Part shown: one piece after another, positions 48,561 through 62,600 of the stretch
Position numbering within the stretch: position 1 is the stretch's first letter
Layout of the letters: every line of letters starts with the position of its first letter
From: Takakia lepidozioides
Taxonomy: Eukaryota > Plantae > Bryophyta
Length of the DNA stretch: 64,000 nt
Assembly: GCA_030704615.1 (NCBI GenBank)
Contig: CM060733.1
Coordinates: 16,244,001 to 16,308,000, forward strand
Reading direction: 5' to 3'
Translations under genes and position numbers: made by a program
Notes under the pieces: generated by a model
What the model was told of the DNA's origin: nothing
Databases searched by the model: none
What the model saw: only the letters and a program-made list of their open reading frames with translations

Positions 48561-50722
48561 TGCCCGAACTCGGCCATTGTAAGCTGCCACCCCACCGATC
48601 TGAAGGAGACTGTTTTTCTTGCACGAATTCAGTGAATGGGTGTAACTTGATGGAGCGACTTGACTCGCTACTAAACTAGACCTTTGCCTGCGAGCTGCAG
48701 CCATTCATAGAATCTGCATTTCTCAATTCTTGGGATTTCTCTCAAAGAGAGAGGGCCCTTACTTTCAGTATACAGAACTTCACTGTAGAGTCGATCCATC
48801 CAAAACAATTGTAGTCTTAGAAACTCCAAATTTAGAAAACAGAGTTTCCCATTGTACATATTGTACCATGAAGAGAATTTGCGTACTGCACAACTTGCAG
48901 GTACCATCTTCAATTAATCAAATTGATCCTGGAGTTCAGATGATGTTCACGAATTGTTTCTTTCAGATGGTCGTCCTCCTCAGGACTCACAAAATTTATT
49001 GTGCCAACCCACGGTCATTCTCCTCGCTGACTGGATTACTCAATGGATCACGTCTTTGCTAACTGTACATACATCGAGTAAATAGAGAAGTACCTGCATT
49101 GACATTCATTTTCAGCAGTAATTTACACCATGAATCTTGATCAGGATTGTGCTGCTATAGTCAACATTTCAAGAACCCCACCCCAAGTGGCAGACTGTCA
49201 AGAAGTTATGCCAGAAACTCATCTAGAGAGCTGGATACGAGCTTCACAAAAATTACCAGACTCCGTCATTTGGTATGTTTCGAGCTGTCAAGTGCAAGTT
49301 CCAGACTTCTTCATTTTACGTACATGGTTCTCGCCCGCTGGGAATGATGGTAGCGTGCCCACCAAGTCGCCAGTAGAAAGAGCTGACACTAGTTGGTACT
49401 TACACTTCCACTTCCCCATCAAAAGCTAACATGGTGCCCCGCTATTTTCTAACTTACAGAGATTACTATACAGAACGATGCCCATATGTCAAAACTCTAG
49501 AGCCTTTGAGCATCATTCTTGTTACACGAACTTTCAAACTCCAAGCTGTTAAACTTACTTTGCTTTCAGTTACTTTTGCTTTCAGCAATAGTTGAACAGT
49601 TTGAGGAGATCATCTAAGACTGAGAAACAGAGCATTTGTTAAGAACGATGTATTTATTCATAGCTCACTGCAGTAAACAGTTGCGGTCACTCTGAAGAGA
49701 ATATCTTGACCTGCCTACAACCCAAAACCCCATGGCCCTAAAGCTGTGAACAAGGCATGTCGATGGTACCTTGCTTAGCTCTCCTAGTTGTACACAGTAT
49801 TAGATGTGTCTCAAGAACTCGCCTGCAAAAACGAGCTTAAACAGAGCTGCCAATGATGTGAAGAGTTTGGAAGTTCTGCTCCAAAAGTCTCTTCTGCACA
49901 GTGCAGATGGACATAGGATGCTGACTTCGGTATTCCAGATATGTCAAACATTCTTTCTAGCACCAAGTCATTTCAATATGCATCACTTACTATCTAGACT
50001 AAATGCACTAGTTAAGAATCTTGAGTTTGTGAGATAAACAAAGATGGATCCGGATATGTATAGGCCTGGAAAGTGGGTGGAGTAGAAGCCAGCTGCGTAT
50101 GGGTTGCATAGTAGAAAGAGTGCTGGTCCTGGATTTTGAGGAAGTAGTTGTTCTGCAGAGAGGCTGTATGGTTTGAAGAAAGTTGAAACATACATATCTA
50201 CATGTCCTCGAGTTCCGCGTTCTCGAGTCTAGAAGAGAAGTTATGGGGGGCTAATTAGTGGGGGTTGGAGCAATTGCAATCTTGTCAAGAACATTATAGA
50301 GCTCTGGGAGGGGCGGCAAGCATCATTCCTCATTTTATGCTTGGCGACACCTGCATCATGTTTAGAGCTCTGATGCATGCATTAGAAATCCAAATACTTT
50401 TAACCTCCAATCGCTCTGGCTTGTTGGCTCTAGAGATCTTGTTCTCGAGAGGGCTTCTTTAGCAGCACCAATACCAGCCCTGAAATCAGCACTCGGTGAA
50501 CTTGCGACTTGGGTGGGCATAGGGGCTGTGCATGAGACTAATGGTGATTTTAGCGTTGACAGCCTGGTAGGTTTTTGCCCGGGCAAACCACTGTTTTCAA
50601 GGGTATGCGTAACCAATCCTCAAGAGCAGTGAATTAGTAAGTTTCACAGAGCTGGACAAAGTCTTGGTCTCTCATCCACGTAATGGTATCAACCCCCTTT
50701 TGGTGAGATTGACAACAAGCCT

Positions 50723-51620
50723 GTGGTTGTATTTGCTGCAGATCATACCCACTACAGAGCAGCTGTGATTGAAGCAGGACCAGCTGGACTAGCAGTGGTG
50801 GCCACCTTGTTGGACACCGAATGTACACCCATCCTGTGGATTGATCCCCACTTCCAGGCCGGTCGCCTCTCCACGTACAAAGAAGTACCAAGCAATACCA
50901 AGGTGAAACTGTTTCAGCAGTTTGTGACAATTTTACCTAGCTTAGTGCAATTTCCTGACAAGGCTCTCTCTCCCTTTCTTGGGAGGGATCCTGACAGCGG
51001 GTGCCCTCTCTCTCTTGCAGTTGATGGTGAAGACTCTTATCCATGGCATATGGACAGTGGCTACATGCTGACCCCCTCTCACATTCCAAAACGGGTGGCC
51101 CCTTTCGATACAATTGAAATAGTGGGAAGCAGCCAAGTTCAGCTGTGCTGGTGGCGCTCAAGAATCTGCGTGAATGTGAACAACGACCTCAAAAGCTAAT
51201 CAACTTTTCTGGTCAGCCTCTATTGTACGCAAGCTACATGCCAGACAACTGGATTTTGTTTGATAATACAGGGCTCAAGGGAGTGGCGGCTGACTGGGCC
51301 AGGGTGAATTTGGAAACAGAGAAATTGGAAAGGGAGAAGCTTCTAGAACGTGTTTGTGTGAAGGATATGTGTATCAAAGAACAGGAGGAGCTTTGGAAGA
51401 AATGTACCAAACTTGTAGGTGCAGTTGGGTATAATCGACACCCCTTACCCAAAATTTCAGTGAATAGCCACCAACTGACTAAAGTTGAGTATGATCCACA
51501 TAGAGGGAAAATTGCTGATAGTCTTTTCAGATTTGGAACAGCATTTCCTGAGCAACAGTGGATCCCTATGGTAAGGAAGAGTATGCTGACGTGGGATTAT
51601 GGAAGTTCATGGAGTACTCA
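50723..51620 (+). pseudogene. FAD-dependent oxidoreductase-like relic, copy 2
   Basis: Duplicate of 4590-5480. Confidence 0.7.
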
Positions 51621-54600
51621 CTGGTTTGCAAAAGCTCATTCCAAACTTATTCAAAATAGTTTGAATATACTTCTTCTGACTTAAGTGTAAAGTACCCTTG
51701 TCCCTGTCTCGTTCAACTTGAATACCCATAAAATAATGAATGTCTCTAAGATCCGTCATATCAAATGTAGCATGTAAACGTTGTTTTGCATGTTTCAATG
51801 CTTCCACATCATTGCTGACTAAAATTGAGTCATCTACATATAGTGCAATGAGTACAAACTTGTCCTCTTTGAATTTAATGTACACATTACTATCTGCTGG
51901 AGATGCCACAAAACCTTCAAAGATTAAATAACCATTAAACTTCTGGAACCAGGCTCGAGGTGACTGTTTCAAGCCATATAGGATTTTTATCAACTTACAG
52001 ACCAAGTCTTCTTCTCCTGGAGCAATGACCCTTGAGGCCGCTCCATATAAACCTCCTCCTCCAAATCTCCATTTAAGAAGGCGGTTTTCACGTCCATTTG
52101 ATGGACCTCCAGATTTGATAGTGCGGCAATAGCCAAAATAGTCATGATAGAAGATATCTTTGCAACAGGTGAAAATGTCTCATTATAATCCACTCCTTCT
52201 CTTTGAGAAAAGCTCTTGCAACTAGTCTGGCTTTATACCTTTCCACTGATCCATCTGCTTTAAGTTTGAGTTTATAGATCCACTTACATCCAACAGTCTT
52301 TCTCCCTTGTGGAAGTTTAGTTAGCTTCCAAGTACCATTCTTTAGTAAGGATGCAAACTCTTTATTCATAGCCTCTTGCCATCTTGACGACTCTCTACAA
52401 CTGAGAGCTTCCTTAAATGACATTGGCTCTTCATTTTCAACAAGCATTGTTTGTGACAAATCGAGAGATTTCTCTCTCTCATGGACCTGCGAACTTGGAT
52501 ATCAAGTTGAGCCCTAGGTGCTTGTAGTTGAGGTTGAGCCACTTGAACATTTGCTGGAATATTACTTGGCTATGGTGTCTCTATTTCCTCATCAGAGCCA
52601 GAGTCACAATCTTCGTCCATGTCCAAACCTAGATCCACATCTGATCCCTTCTCAGGCTCACCACCTCGAAGTGTCTTTGGTTTCCATGCTTCATTGAAAA
52701 CCACATCAGGACTAACTAACAAGACTTTGTTAGCTAGATCAAACAACCGATAGGATTTACTGGCTTCCGAATAACCCACAAAAATACTTCCTCTTCTCCT
52801 TAGATTCTTCCTTCACTGAGTGACCAGTCCAAACTTCTTCTGGTGTCTTCCTGGCACAGCACTTGTAGGTACCCTGTTTAATACATAGTTGGTCGTTTGC
52901 ACAACATCTGCCCACCATTTGTTGTCTAACCCACTATGCTTCAACATTGTCCTTGCTGCTTCTACCAATGACCGGTTCTTACGTTCAGCCACCCCGTTCT
53001 GCTCTGGGGTGTAATGAGCAGACAATTGATGCTCAATTCCTTCTCTCATGCAAAATTGAGCAAAAACATTTGACTTGTACTCCCCTCCATTGTCAGAGCG
53101 CAATTTCTTGACTCGCTTCCTGTCTGTGTTTCCACCAGAGACTTATAGATCTTGAACTTGTCTAAAACTTCACTTTTATTCTTCAGAAAACTAGTGTTCT
53201 TCTAGACAAATCATCTATGAACGTCATAAAGTATTTTGCTCCTCCAATTGATATTGTTTGCATGGGGCCGCAAACGTCTGAATGTACAAGTCCAACAACT
53301 CCACAGCACGACTTCCTCCTCCTTTAGGAAATAAATGCCTATGTTGTTTGCCAAATATGCACTCTTCACAAAAAGAGGTTCCAACTGAGCAATCAATATT
53401 GAAATCTTGAACCATGTTTTAGAATGCATAGACGTAGAGTTTTAATACTGAGATGGGCCAGCCTACGATGCCAAAGATCAACTCTTCTGTCTTTGACGAT
53501 TAAGGCACTTTCAGACGCTTTATCGACTAAAGAAGCACACAACTTATACAAGTTACCTTCTCTCACCCCCTTCGCCACCACATCTCCATCTGTTGTCTTC
53601 AAAAGACAATAATTAGCATAAAACTCAAGTTGTAATCCAGAGTCAGTAACTTTACTCACTGACAATAAATTCTTGGTCAACCCTGGAACAAATAACACAT
53701 CATCTATATACTTCTTTCTTTCTTCTTGCATAAAACAAATCTGGCCTTGACCCTGAATTATGTGACTACTGTCGTCTCCCAAGTAAAACTGCCGAACAAG
53801 ATCCCATTGTTTGTACTTTACAAACAGATCTTTGTTAGAGGTCATATGTTGAGAAGCCCCCGAGTCAATATACCAGTCATCAAGATCCTTTGAGAAAGAA
53901 GTAGAAAGAGCTGTAACAAATAATTTCTCACAATCAATACTATCAGCATCCTCCACTGAATGAGCTTGGGTATTTCCATCTCCCTTCTTCATCTGCCCCT
54001 GTCATTCTCTTCCTACATTGCTTCGCCATGTGACCGACTTTCTTGCAATAAAAGCATTTACCCTTAAATTCTTTTTTCGTAGGTGTAAGCTTGACAAACC
54101 ATTTGATGATCCTTTTGTTGGTGTACTACTAAGACTCATATTGTTATTTTTATTTGCTTATGAGGTTCCTTTCTTTTTATTAAGACCTGATTTCCTTCCA
54201 GCAAATAAAGCAACACTCTCAGTTGTCCCAACCCCGAAATCTCTTCGCCTCATCTCTTCTTGTAGTAGCATTCCAGTTACCCTTTCTATAGTCAACGCTT
54301 GCTGACTACTAAGAGAAATGACTAGGCTATCAAAAGATTCTGGTAGACTACCTAATAAGGTGACTACCTGATCGTCTACAGACACAGGAGACCCTACCCC
54401 TGCCAATTGATCAATCAATGATCTAAAGTTACTAACATGCTCTGCTATAGATTCTGATTCAGACATTTTTAAACGGAGCAGTCGTCTTCTTAAATAAAGC
54501 TTAGAAGTAACATCTTTTGTTTCAAATACTGTCACTAAATGATCCCACGCTGCCTTAGATGTTGTAGCTTGACTAACGTGCAAAAGCTGAGAGTTTTTTA

Positions 54601-54897
54601 AGTTTAATAGGATTGATGCAAGTATTTTTCCATCTCTCTTCTCCCACTCTTTCACAACATTTTGATCTGTAGCAGCAGGCTTCGCTTCAGTCCCGTCTAC
54701 TATGGACCAAAGATCTCTATCTAATAATAGCATTCGGATCTTAAGCTTCCAAATATGGAAATTTTCTCCATAAAACGTATCTATTAAACGGAGTTTTCCC
54801 GAGTTCCTGACTACTCCAGCCATGCTTACGAATTGATCTAGTTCTCTCTTAGAAACGACACTGTCTTTCCGCCTTGCTCTCTAAGTGGCTCTAATAC
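51607..54897 (-). mobile_element. Truncated copia, copy 2
   Basis: Duplicate of 5471-8751. Confidence 0.92.
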
Positions 54898-57007
54898 TCG
54901 GCAGCCCCTTCATTGATGGTAAAAGGGATCTCGGGAGATCGAGGCCTCTTCTTCTTACCTTGTCAAGTCTATGGGATTTTAGGAAGTGTGACAGTACTTT
55001 TGACACATTTTTAGGGAAATGATATGATTTTTACATAAAAGCTTTCCTTTACTCTGTAACTCCTTCATTTCTTCTCTCTTGCTGCCTCTATATCTAAACA
55101 TCTTTGAAAATTTCAAGGCCAAGCCTAAAGCCATGGCCCTTCTGGGGTCTTAACTGCAGGGCAGATCACACACACAGCATACTGATGCTTGTGTGTAGGG
55201 CTCTCTAGAGGAAATCTGATTTAAGCCCAAACAAATTGTTAGTGCCCAGCAAACCAGGACTTGATTGGAGCAACGAAAACATTCTTAACATGAGGATTTT
55301 GCAGTGGTGCCAGCAGCAATCGAACCTGTACAGATCTGTAGTCCTACTCGGTTCCATGAAATTCAAAGAGACAACAGGTCTTCTGGGAGAAAACATGCAG
55401 CTGCATCCTCAATCAGAGGTGATGGGGATATCAAGATTGTCCTGTTTTGAAGAGCTTCCCTAGTCATTCGACTGCAGACAAGATTGTGGCACAGGTGTAG
55501 GGAGAATGCCCAATGAGCTGGAGACGGGAGATTCGTTTCCAGGCTCCGATCCAGACGTCTGCTAGCACCAGCCGTGGGACGCCCCATTGTCGATGAGCGC
55601 CTATTAATTATGAAAGTAAATTATGACTTGTCAAGCGTTGTCTGTTTCTAACTTCGACTTTCCAGGAATGGGCAGAAATACATCATGTGCGATTTCACTG
55701 TATATATTTCCGATGCACAAGCTGCAGTAGAAGAGCATACTTCCCAGTCACATCTGGAAGAGCCCGTGTGGTGTAGACAGGCCTCCTCTTGGCGACCCCC
55801 CGGATATGCGTCAACAGCATGCATCCCAGGTGTACAAATGTGGCCCAGGATCATGCACATTTCCTAGGTAAGATTTCATTTGAATTATCTGATGTCGATT
55901 CCGGTCCGTGGATGGTGGTGGAGAAGCTTCGTAGTTGGGAAATGCCAAATGTAATCTGAGCTGTAGGCTGCTCCGAGGAAAGTTGTTTAAAGTTACACTG
56001 AGTTTCCAAAAACATCCCTTGATTTTCAGCTCCCCAGGTGAGGCAATTTGGAGCTGAAACTGCAGCCTGGCCGGCTAACTGCCCGCTTTCAAGAAAAACA
56101 CGGAGATGATTTGGCAAGTCGGATCCGTATAGATTCATGATCCTGTATGTGTGTATTTGTTTTAATTAGAGAACACAAACCAGTTGAGCATTCATGAATG
56201 ACGATAACCGGTCATTGATCCTGAATTCAATCAGAGCTGCGAGTTGAACGACGTCGAGGACCAAGAACCCAGACTTTGATCTTGCTGTTAATAGTGCCGC
56301 ACCGCAACCAACGCTACCAGGAACTATCAGTCAGTGATATTGACGACTGAATATTTGGGGGATCTCATCATATCAAAGAGACATGCTTGCGTGAAACCGC
56401 CTTGTCAACAATGTTGACTATCCCAGCACAATCCTGAGGAAGATTCATGAATATCATTGCAGGTACTCGTGTCTATCTAATCCACAGTTAGCAAAGACGT
56501 GATCCATTGAGTACTTCAACTGTCAGCTAGAAGAATGACCGTGGGTTGGCACAAAAAAATTTGTGAGTCCTGAGGAGGACGACCATCTGAAAGAAACAAT
56601 TCGTGAACATCATCTGAACTCCAGGATCAATTTGATTAATTGAAGATGGTACCTGCAAGTTGTGCAGTACGCAAATTCTCTTCATGGTACAATATGTACA
56701 ATGGGAAACTCTGTTTTCTAAATTTGGAGTTTCTAAGACTACAATTGTTTTGGATGGATCGACTCTACAGTGAAGTTCTGTATACTGAAAGTAAGGGCCC
56801 TCTCTCTTTGAGAGAAATCCCAAGAATTGAGAAACGCAGATTCTATGAATGGCTGCAGCTCGCAGGCAAAGGTCTAGTTTAGTAGCGAGTCAAGTCGCTC
56901 CATCAAGTTACACCCATTCACTGAATTCGTGCAAGAAAAACAGTCTCCTTCAGATCGGTGGGGTGGCAGCTTACAATGGCCGAGTTCGGGCACTAGCAAC
57001 TAGTAAT

Positions 57008-58522
57008 CTAGCCGGTGGAATGCGACTTGGTCTTTGCGGGCACGCTGCCGTCATTCCCAGCGAGAACCTTGTACTTGTCCCTGCGAGTGAAGTTTGTGCA
57101 CTGGAAACTCAGTGTCCCTGCAATAACCCTTTGGATGTAGTTGGCTACCTCCACCGATGTTTTTCCACCCGCACATGTAAGCTCCATAGGCAGTTGGTTC
57201 AAAAATGTAACCTCGTAGACAGGTCTTGGGTTCATGAAGAAGAAGAAAGGATCCATGCCCTTCCACCCTGTGGCGGTCGTGCCGTGGAACATGGACATTC
57301 TGTTGAACATCGCCACGGGGGCGATCTTGTCCGTCAGCTCCGCAAAAAGCGCTGAGAATCGTAGGAGAAATGGCTCCCGGCATGTTGTTCCCTCTGGGCA
57401 GATGGCTAAGTCTCCTTCTTCCAAAAGCTTGCTGATGTTGGCAGCATCTTGCTCTCTGTTGCGAGTCAAAGCAACCGTCTTGATTGGGGAAAGGGCCTCC
57501 GAGACACGTGAAATGGAGTATGTGACTGCTGTGATAGGTCGCCCGAGGGCTACCGACAGGAAGATGGGGTCCAACAAGGTCCGATGGGAGCAGATAAACA
57601 GGACTCCCTGCTTTCCATCCTTCACTGCAGGTGGGGGTGTTCCCGTGACCTTTACACGCACCCCGAGGGCAACGTAAGCGTAGTATGTCAAGGACATGGG
57701 GAGCAAGGACCCTGCAGCAATCCGAAGCACGGCAAGAAGGAAACCGATAGGCATCCAGACGAGGGTGAGAAGAGCGTTGAGTGGAGTAGGGCGTTGCACA
57801 AGCCGCCCGTCGTGGAACACGATCGGCTTCGGCAGCTCCTCCTTTTGCACAGCTTGTACCTTGTTGGCGGGCACCACGTAGCCTTCCTTGCACAGAGCCA
57901 TGAAGGGGTGGTCAGTCTTGCGGTCGCCCAGGCCAACGTCCGGTGCATCGTCCCCGAAAGCTGCCTTCAAAGCAATTTCTTTCTTCACACCCACAAGGAC
58001 ACCGGGGGCTTTGAGGAAACCTGTTGCGCGCCCGTTCCTGGTCACCTCGATCTCGGACCCAAGCACCGCATCGGCACCCAGATACTCCTTTGCAAAGGTC
58101 TCCACCATTATGCGGGGATTGGCAGTCAGAACATAGCGCTTCCCAAAGGAGGAAAACACACGCCATGTCTCTGGGTGCAGATCCTCGCAGTAGAACTTTG
58201 GCAGAACCGCGCGCGCTACAGTCTCAATTTGAGTCACTTTGAGACCAGCAAAGGTGACAAAGACTAACACCTGGATCCCTGCTGCTTCTGAGACGAAGTG
58301 ATAAAGGAACCAAGCAATGGGGGCGAAGAGGAGGAGGAGGAGGGAACGGAGAAAGCCGCCGGCCTCGAATGCCACCAGCATGAAGTAGGGAAATGAGCTC
58401 CGCCCTCTGACCAGGGTGCCATCCAAATCGGATATCACGGTCTGTTTCTCTCGTCCATCGGAGCTGCATTTCTCAATGTAATCGAAAGGCTCCGGCCCAG
58501 ATATCTTCGCCTTCGGACCCAT
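57008..58522 (-). CDS. GPAT: Intact, intronless GPAT4/6/8-like, 504 aa (lacks terminal KITSC)
   Basis: Translation matches 47031-48560 up to HSTG, then TAG. Confidence 0.97.
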   Translation of the reverse strand: MGPKAKISGPEPFDYIEKCSSDGREKQTVISDLDGTLVRGRSSFPYFMLVAFEAGGFLRSLLLLLFAPIAWFLYHFVSEAAGIQVLVFVTFAGLKVTQIETVARAVLPKFYCEDLHPETWRVFSSFGKRYVLTANPRIMVETFAKEYLGADAVLGSEIEVTRNGRATGFLKAPGVLVGVKKEIALKAAFGDDAPDVGLGDRKTDHPFMALCKEGYVVPANKVQAVQKEELPKPIVFHDGRLVQRPTPLNALLTLVWMPIGFLLAVLRIAAGSLLPMSLTYYAYVALGVRVKVTGTPPPAVKDGKQGVLFICSHRTLLDPIFLSVALGRPITAVTYSISRVSEALSPIKTVALTRNREQDAANISKLLEEGDLAICPEGTTCREPFLLRFSALFAELTDKIAPVAMFNRMSMFHGTTATGWKGMDPFFFFMNPRPVYEVTFLNQLPMELTCAGGKTSVEVANYIQRVIAGTLSFQCTNFTRRDKYKVLAGNDGSVPAKTKSHSTG

Positions 58523-59632
58523 GGTATTATGGTGTTGAGGAAGACCCGATCTGTGTGGGTAGTGCAGAGGCCGATGACGGAGTGTAGCTCAGTGTATTTG
58601 TCAGACACGTCGGAGAGAGAGAGAGAGAGATGAGGGTGGTGGTAGCGGGGAAGAGCGGGTGGGGAGGAAGGGAGGCGATGAGAGAGAGTGATGGTGTGAG
58701 GGAGTGAGCGCAGTGTGCGGGGTAATATACTGGGACACTGGTCAGTCAACCCTCGTTGACAAGGACCTGTGCTCTGGCCTGGCGCGTCCAACTTAGGTCT
58801 TATTATTACCTCGTCCGCCACCCTCTGCTTCTCCGGGTCCTCAAAGCTAAGGACAGCGGGTGATTGTGGGTAAAAGATCCCGACTGCCACAGTGCGCTTC
58901 CTGCAAGTTTCCCAGCAACTTAAGTATTCCTGCTCTTGTTGGAAACAAAGTAGATAACACAGAAATGATATAATATCCCAGCGAATGACACGGTAGGGGA
59001 GCAGACAACTTCCCGTGTTTGTACGCAGAGTAAACGCGGTTGATTCGCTTGGTCGCAGTCAACTGCGGGGCCCACTTACAGACCGCGGACACGTTGTGGG
59101 CCCTAAAAAGGCGCCTAGCTATTTTCTATGTGGAAACCTTCTCAGACGGGAAGTTTTCATCCTGATACGAGAGGCACCTTAAGAAAATTGGAACTCGATG
59201 ATTTTTGGTTTTTTTTCCCCTTAAAACCCAACTCACCATGCCATTAATGGCGCTTGTATGAACTAGTAATGTCGGTATCTTCAAATATTACCGATAGGAT
59301 CAGCCCTTCAGTTTTTTTTCGATTTCTGTTGACAGTCGATAGGTGGGCCAAGAACTAATTTAGAATGAACAAATCAACATTGTTTGGAATAGCTCAGAGA
59401 CTCAGACCATTGATTATCATGCAAGACACTAAATATCGCATGTTGAGATTTGAGTTGCATGTTCAGTTTATAAATTAGCTCAAGGAGCAAATCTGTTGAT
59501 ATATATGTAGTGAATTGTTTGTTGTCGGCTGTGTATTGCTCCATAGATTTATACATGCTATGAATGTTGTATATGAAGATGTCATTCAGTGGCATTTGCA
59601 GGTGATTATTACTATTTCAAACTGGTGGCTAC

Positions 59633-62600
59633 AATAGAGAGAAGACTCCGGCCAAAGCCGACTTAACTAAGAGCTATTTCACCTTGCCCCTTTTGGGGGG
59701 GGGGGGGGTGCTTCCGCGTGAGCGTGAGAGCGCGTGAGCCTAGGCGGGCTCATGCCATGTCATCAGTTATTGCCACGTTGGCTGACGGGTCTGACGCCAC
59801 ATCAGCCGACTTCGTCAGGCACGTCATGCCACGTAATTTTCATAGGCATGGCCCTATAACCGCGGACCGAACAGGCAAATGGGGGCCTATAGCCGTGGAT
59901 TGCGCATTTGGCAGACAGGGAACCATGTGTGGGCGATGAGGCGAGGTGCAGAAGAGAGTTTAGGGTTTGTTGGTGAATGTTGCAGAATGATAATGTTTGT
60001 AGAGACTGAAATGGTTGTGGATGTATTAATGTCCAGGTCATTAGTCTACAATGGTCCTCAGATGATTTAATGCCATGCTAATGTGGTATTTTACGTTGTT
60101 GTCATCAGTGTAGAATGGTTGTGGATGAGTTAATGAGGATGAAGCAGAGCCAATGTGGATGGGACACTGCTAGTATGGATGAATGAGGATGAATAGTTGT
60201 GGACAAATATGGATGAAATATCGTGAATGGATGATAGAGTGGATGAATGTTGAGCGAGGATGTCATTCTAACATTTATGAAAACCAAGCACAACGATCAA
60301 TGTCGTTTGCACAAACATTAGAAATTGTGCCTAAAATCCGTCCTGAAGCACTTGATAAGATTTAGTGAATGTCTGGCATTTGGGGAAAGGTAGACAGATG
60401 ACAACAATGTAGAATAAGACAACAGAACAGATGTGAGAGTGATCTTTCATTCTGCGACTTTGTCCGAGTGCTTACTGCAACATTCTGGTGTGCAGCACGC
60501 TCCTCTTTAGTTATCCTCTTCAGTGTCGACACATTGCGAGCCATTTCAGCACTATACTTCCTGCAACGCACCACCTGACCACGGTAAACATGGTGTGGAC
60601 TCCAATGCGTATTGCGGTCCCTGCCAGTGAGGTAGAAATGTGCACCTGTATGTTACGAGAGTACTGCAATTTTCATGGTTTTTCATCAGGACCATTATAC
60701 AACAACATTCAAAATGAATTTGGCTCTCGTTTGTGCATGAGGAGGAATTCCGGGTCTTACAACATTGTGTAACAGAAATTGACAAAACATCTGCATTGTC
60801 TTCTTGTTTGACGCATAACCAATATTATGCATGAGGATGTTGTCCTTGAACTTGCGCTAAAACCGAGAGTCCACCAATCATCCCCTAGGTGCCTTGTCTT
60901 CTTGTTTGACCCATAACCAATGTTATGCATGAGGATCCCGCCTTTGAACTTGCGCTGAAACCGAGAGCCCATACACCATCCACTAGGTGCACTGTCTTCT
61001 TGTTTGAACCATAACCAATGTTACGCATCAGGATGTTGCCCTTGAACTTGCGTTGAACCCGAGAGTCCACAAATCATCCCCTAGGTGCCTTGTCTTCTTG
61101 TTTGATCCATAACCAATGTTAGGCATCAGGAGGCTGCCTTAGAACTTGCGTTTGACCCGAGAATCAATACATACATCATCCCCTAGGTGCCTTGTCTTCT
61201 TGTTTGACCCATGACCAACCATTTGCTGTACATTACAATCAAAGCCTACAAGCCAGGATATAACTATCTACTGTATGAAGTGCATAGAAGCCACTGTTGT
61301 AAATGCATACACGGCAAGAAAATGAGAAACCATCTTTTAACGACATTACAACGAACATGCACAAATTTTATTACAAAGTTGTGGAGGGACACAAAATGTC
61401 TAAAACTGTGAACATCACGAGACCCCCCAAAATGATGAAATTTGCATTTCAGTCACTAGAACTATCCCCTGAAACTTGTGCAGTATCATCGACGTAAACC
61501 CGAGCTCTGAGGTGCTTGTTGTGCTTTCGAGCACATGGGGGAGATAACATGAAACTCTGTTGACGAGCAATGGCCTCCGCGTAGTCGGGTAGGATGTATG
61601 AACGTGGAGGGCTGCACCACAAGTCACTGTGAATAAAAGAGACGTCGACCAAAGGAATAGCTTTCAATACCCTGCCACCCAAAGAACCACAATTGCATTA
61701 GCCACCATTAATGGGAAAGGGGGGGCCGTTTCCGCGGGAGAAATCGGATGCTTACAGAAAAACAACTTACTCGCATGCGAAATCGTCGTCCAAGACTTTG
61801 TCGTCCCATTCGTTGATTTCCACATGCACTATACCCTCCTGTTGTTGGGCGGCAGGTGCCGGCGCTGGCGCTTCCAAGTTATGGAGGAGGTCATTGAAAA
61901 TGTCCGCATCCCCTTCCATACCAAACAAATGCCTCCCCACTGCCTTGCAAGCATGGTACGAAGCTCCTGCAAGACATAATACTCTTAGGACACATATAAA
62001 CAAATTTTGCACCAAGAAGAAAACACCACAGCAGGTTCGGGGTGAAACCTGTGCCAAGAGTGAGGTCCACGATACGCGCCCCCGGATGGGAACAAGTCTC
62101 CACAATTGTTTGAATAAATGTTGGGCTCTTCTCCTTGGCCCCTCTCCATGGTGTGGAGTTGGACTTTCGCAAGCATACATTGGAATCCACGTAATTGTAG
62201 TGCATGTCGTCCACCACTGGATCAAACTTATCGTTGATGAAACAACCTCCCCCATGAAGCCTGAACTCCTTCACTGCTGTGGGAGTTGAAGCAGGGTGCA
62301 CTCTGACGAGGCAGACGGCCTCAAAAAGGTGGGTCTACACACAAGACAACATGAGGCACATATTAGTGAATCCAAAAAAAATCATCTGAAAAGAACAGTG
62401 CTTGAAACTTCCGAAAATGAGTGCGTTGACGCACTCATTTCTGCAGGGGTGAAATGGAACTTCAAATGAAGCAGGTAAGAGAAAGTCGATTACCATTTGT
62501 CCGGGACAGTCACCCTTTGTCAAGTACAGGCTGTTCACACCATTCCACATTTTGATGATTTTCATCCCCGAGGCCTTGAGGTAGCTTGCAAGCTCCTGGC

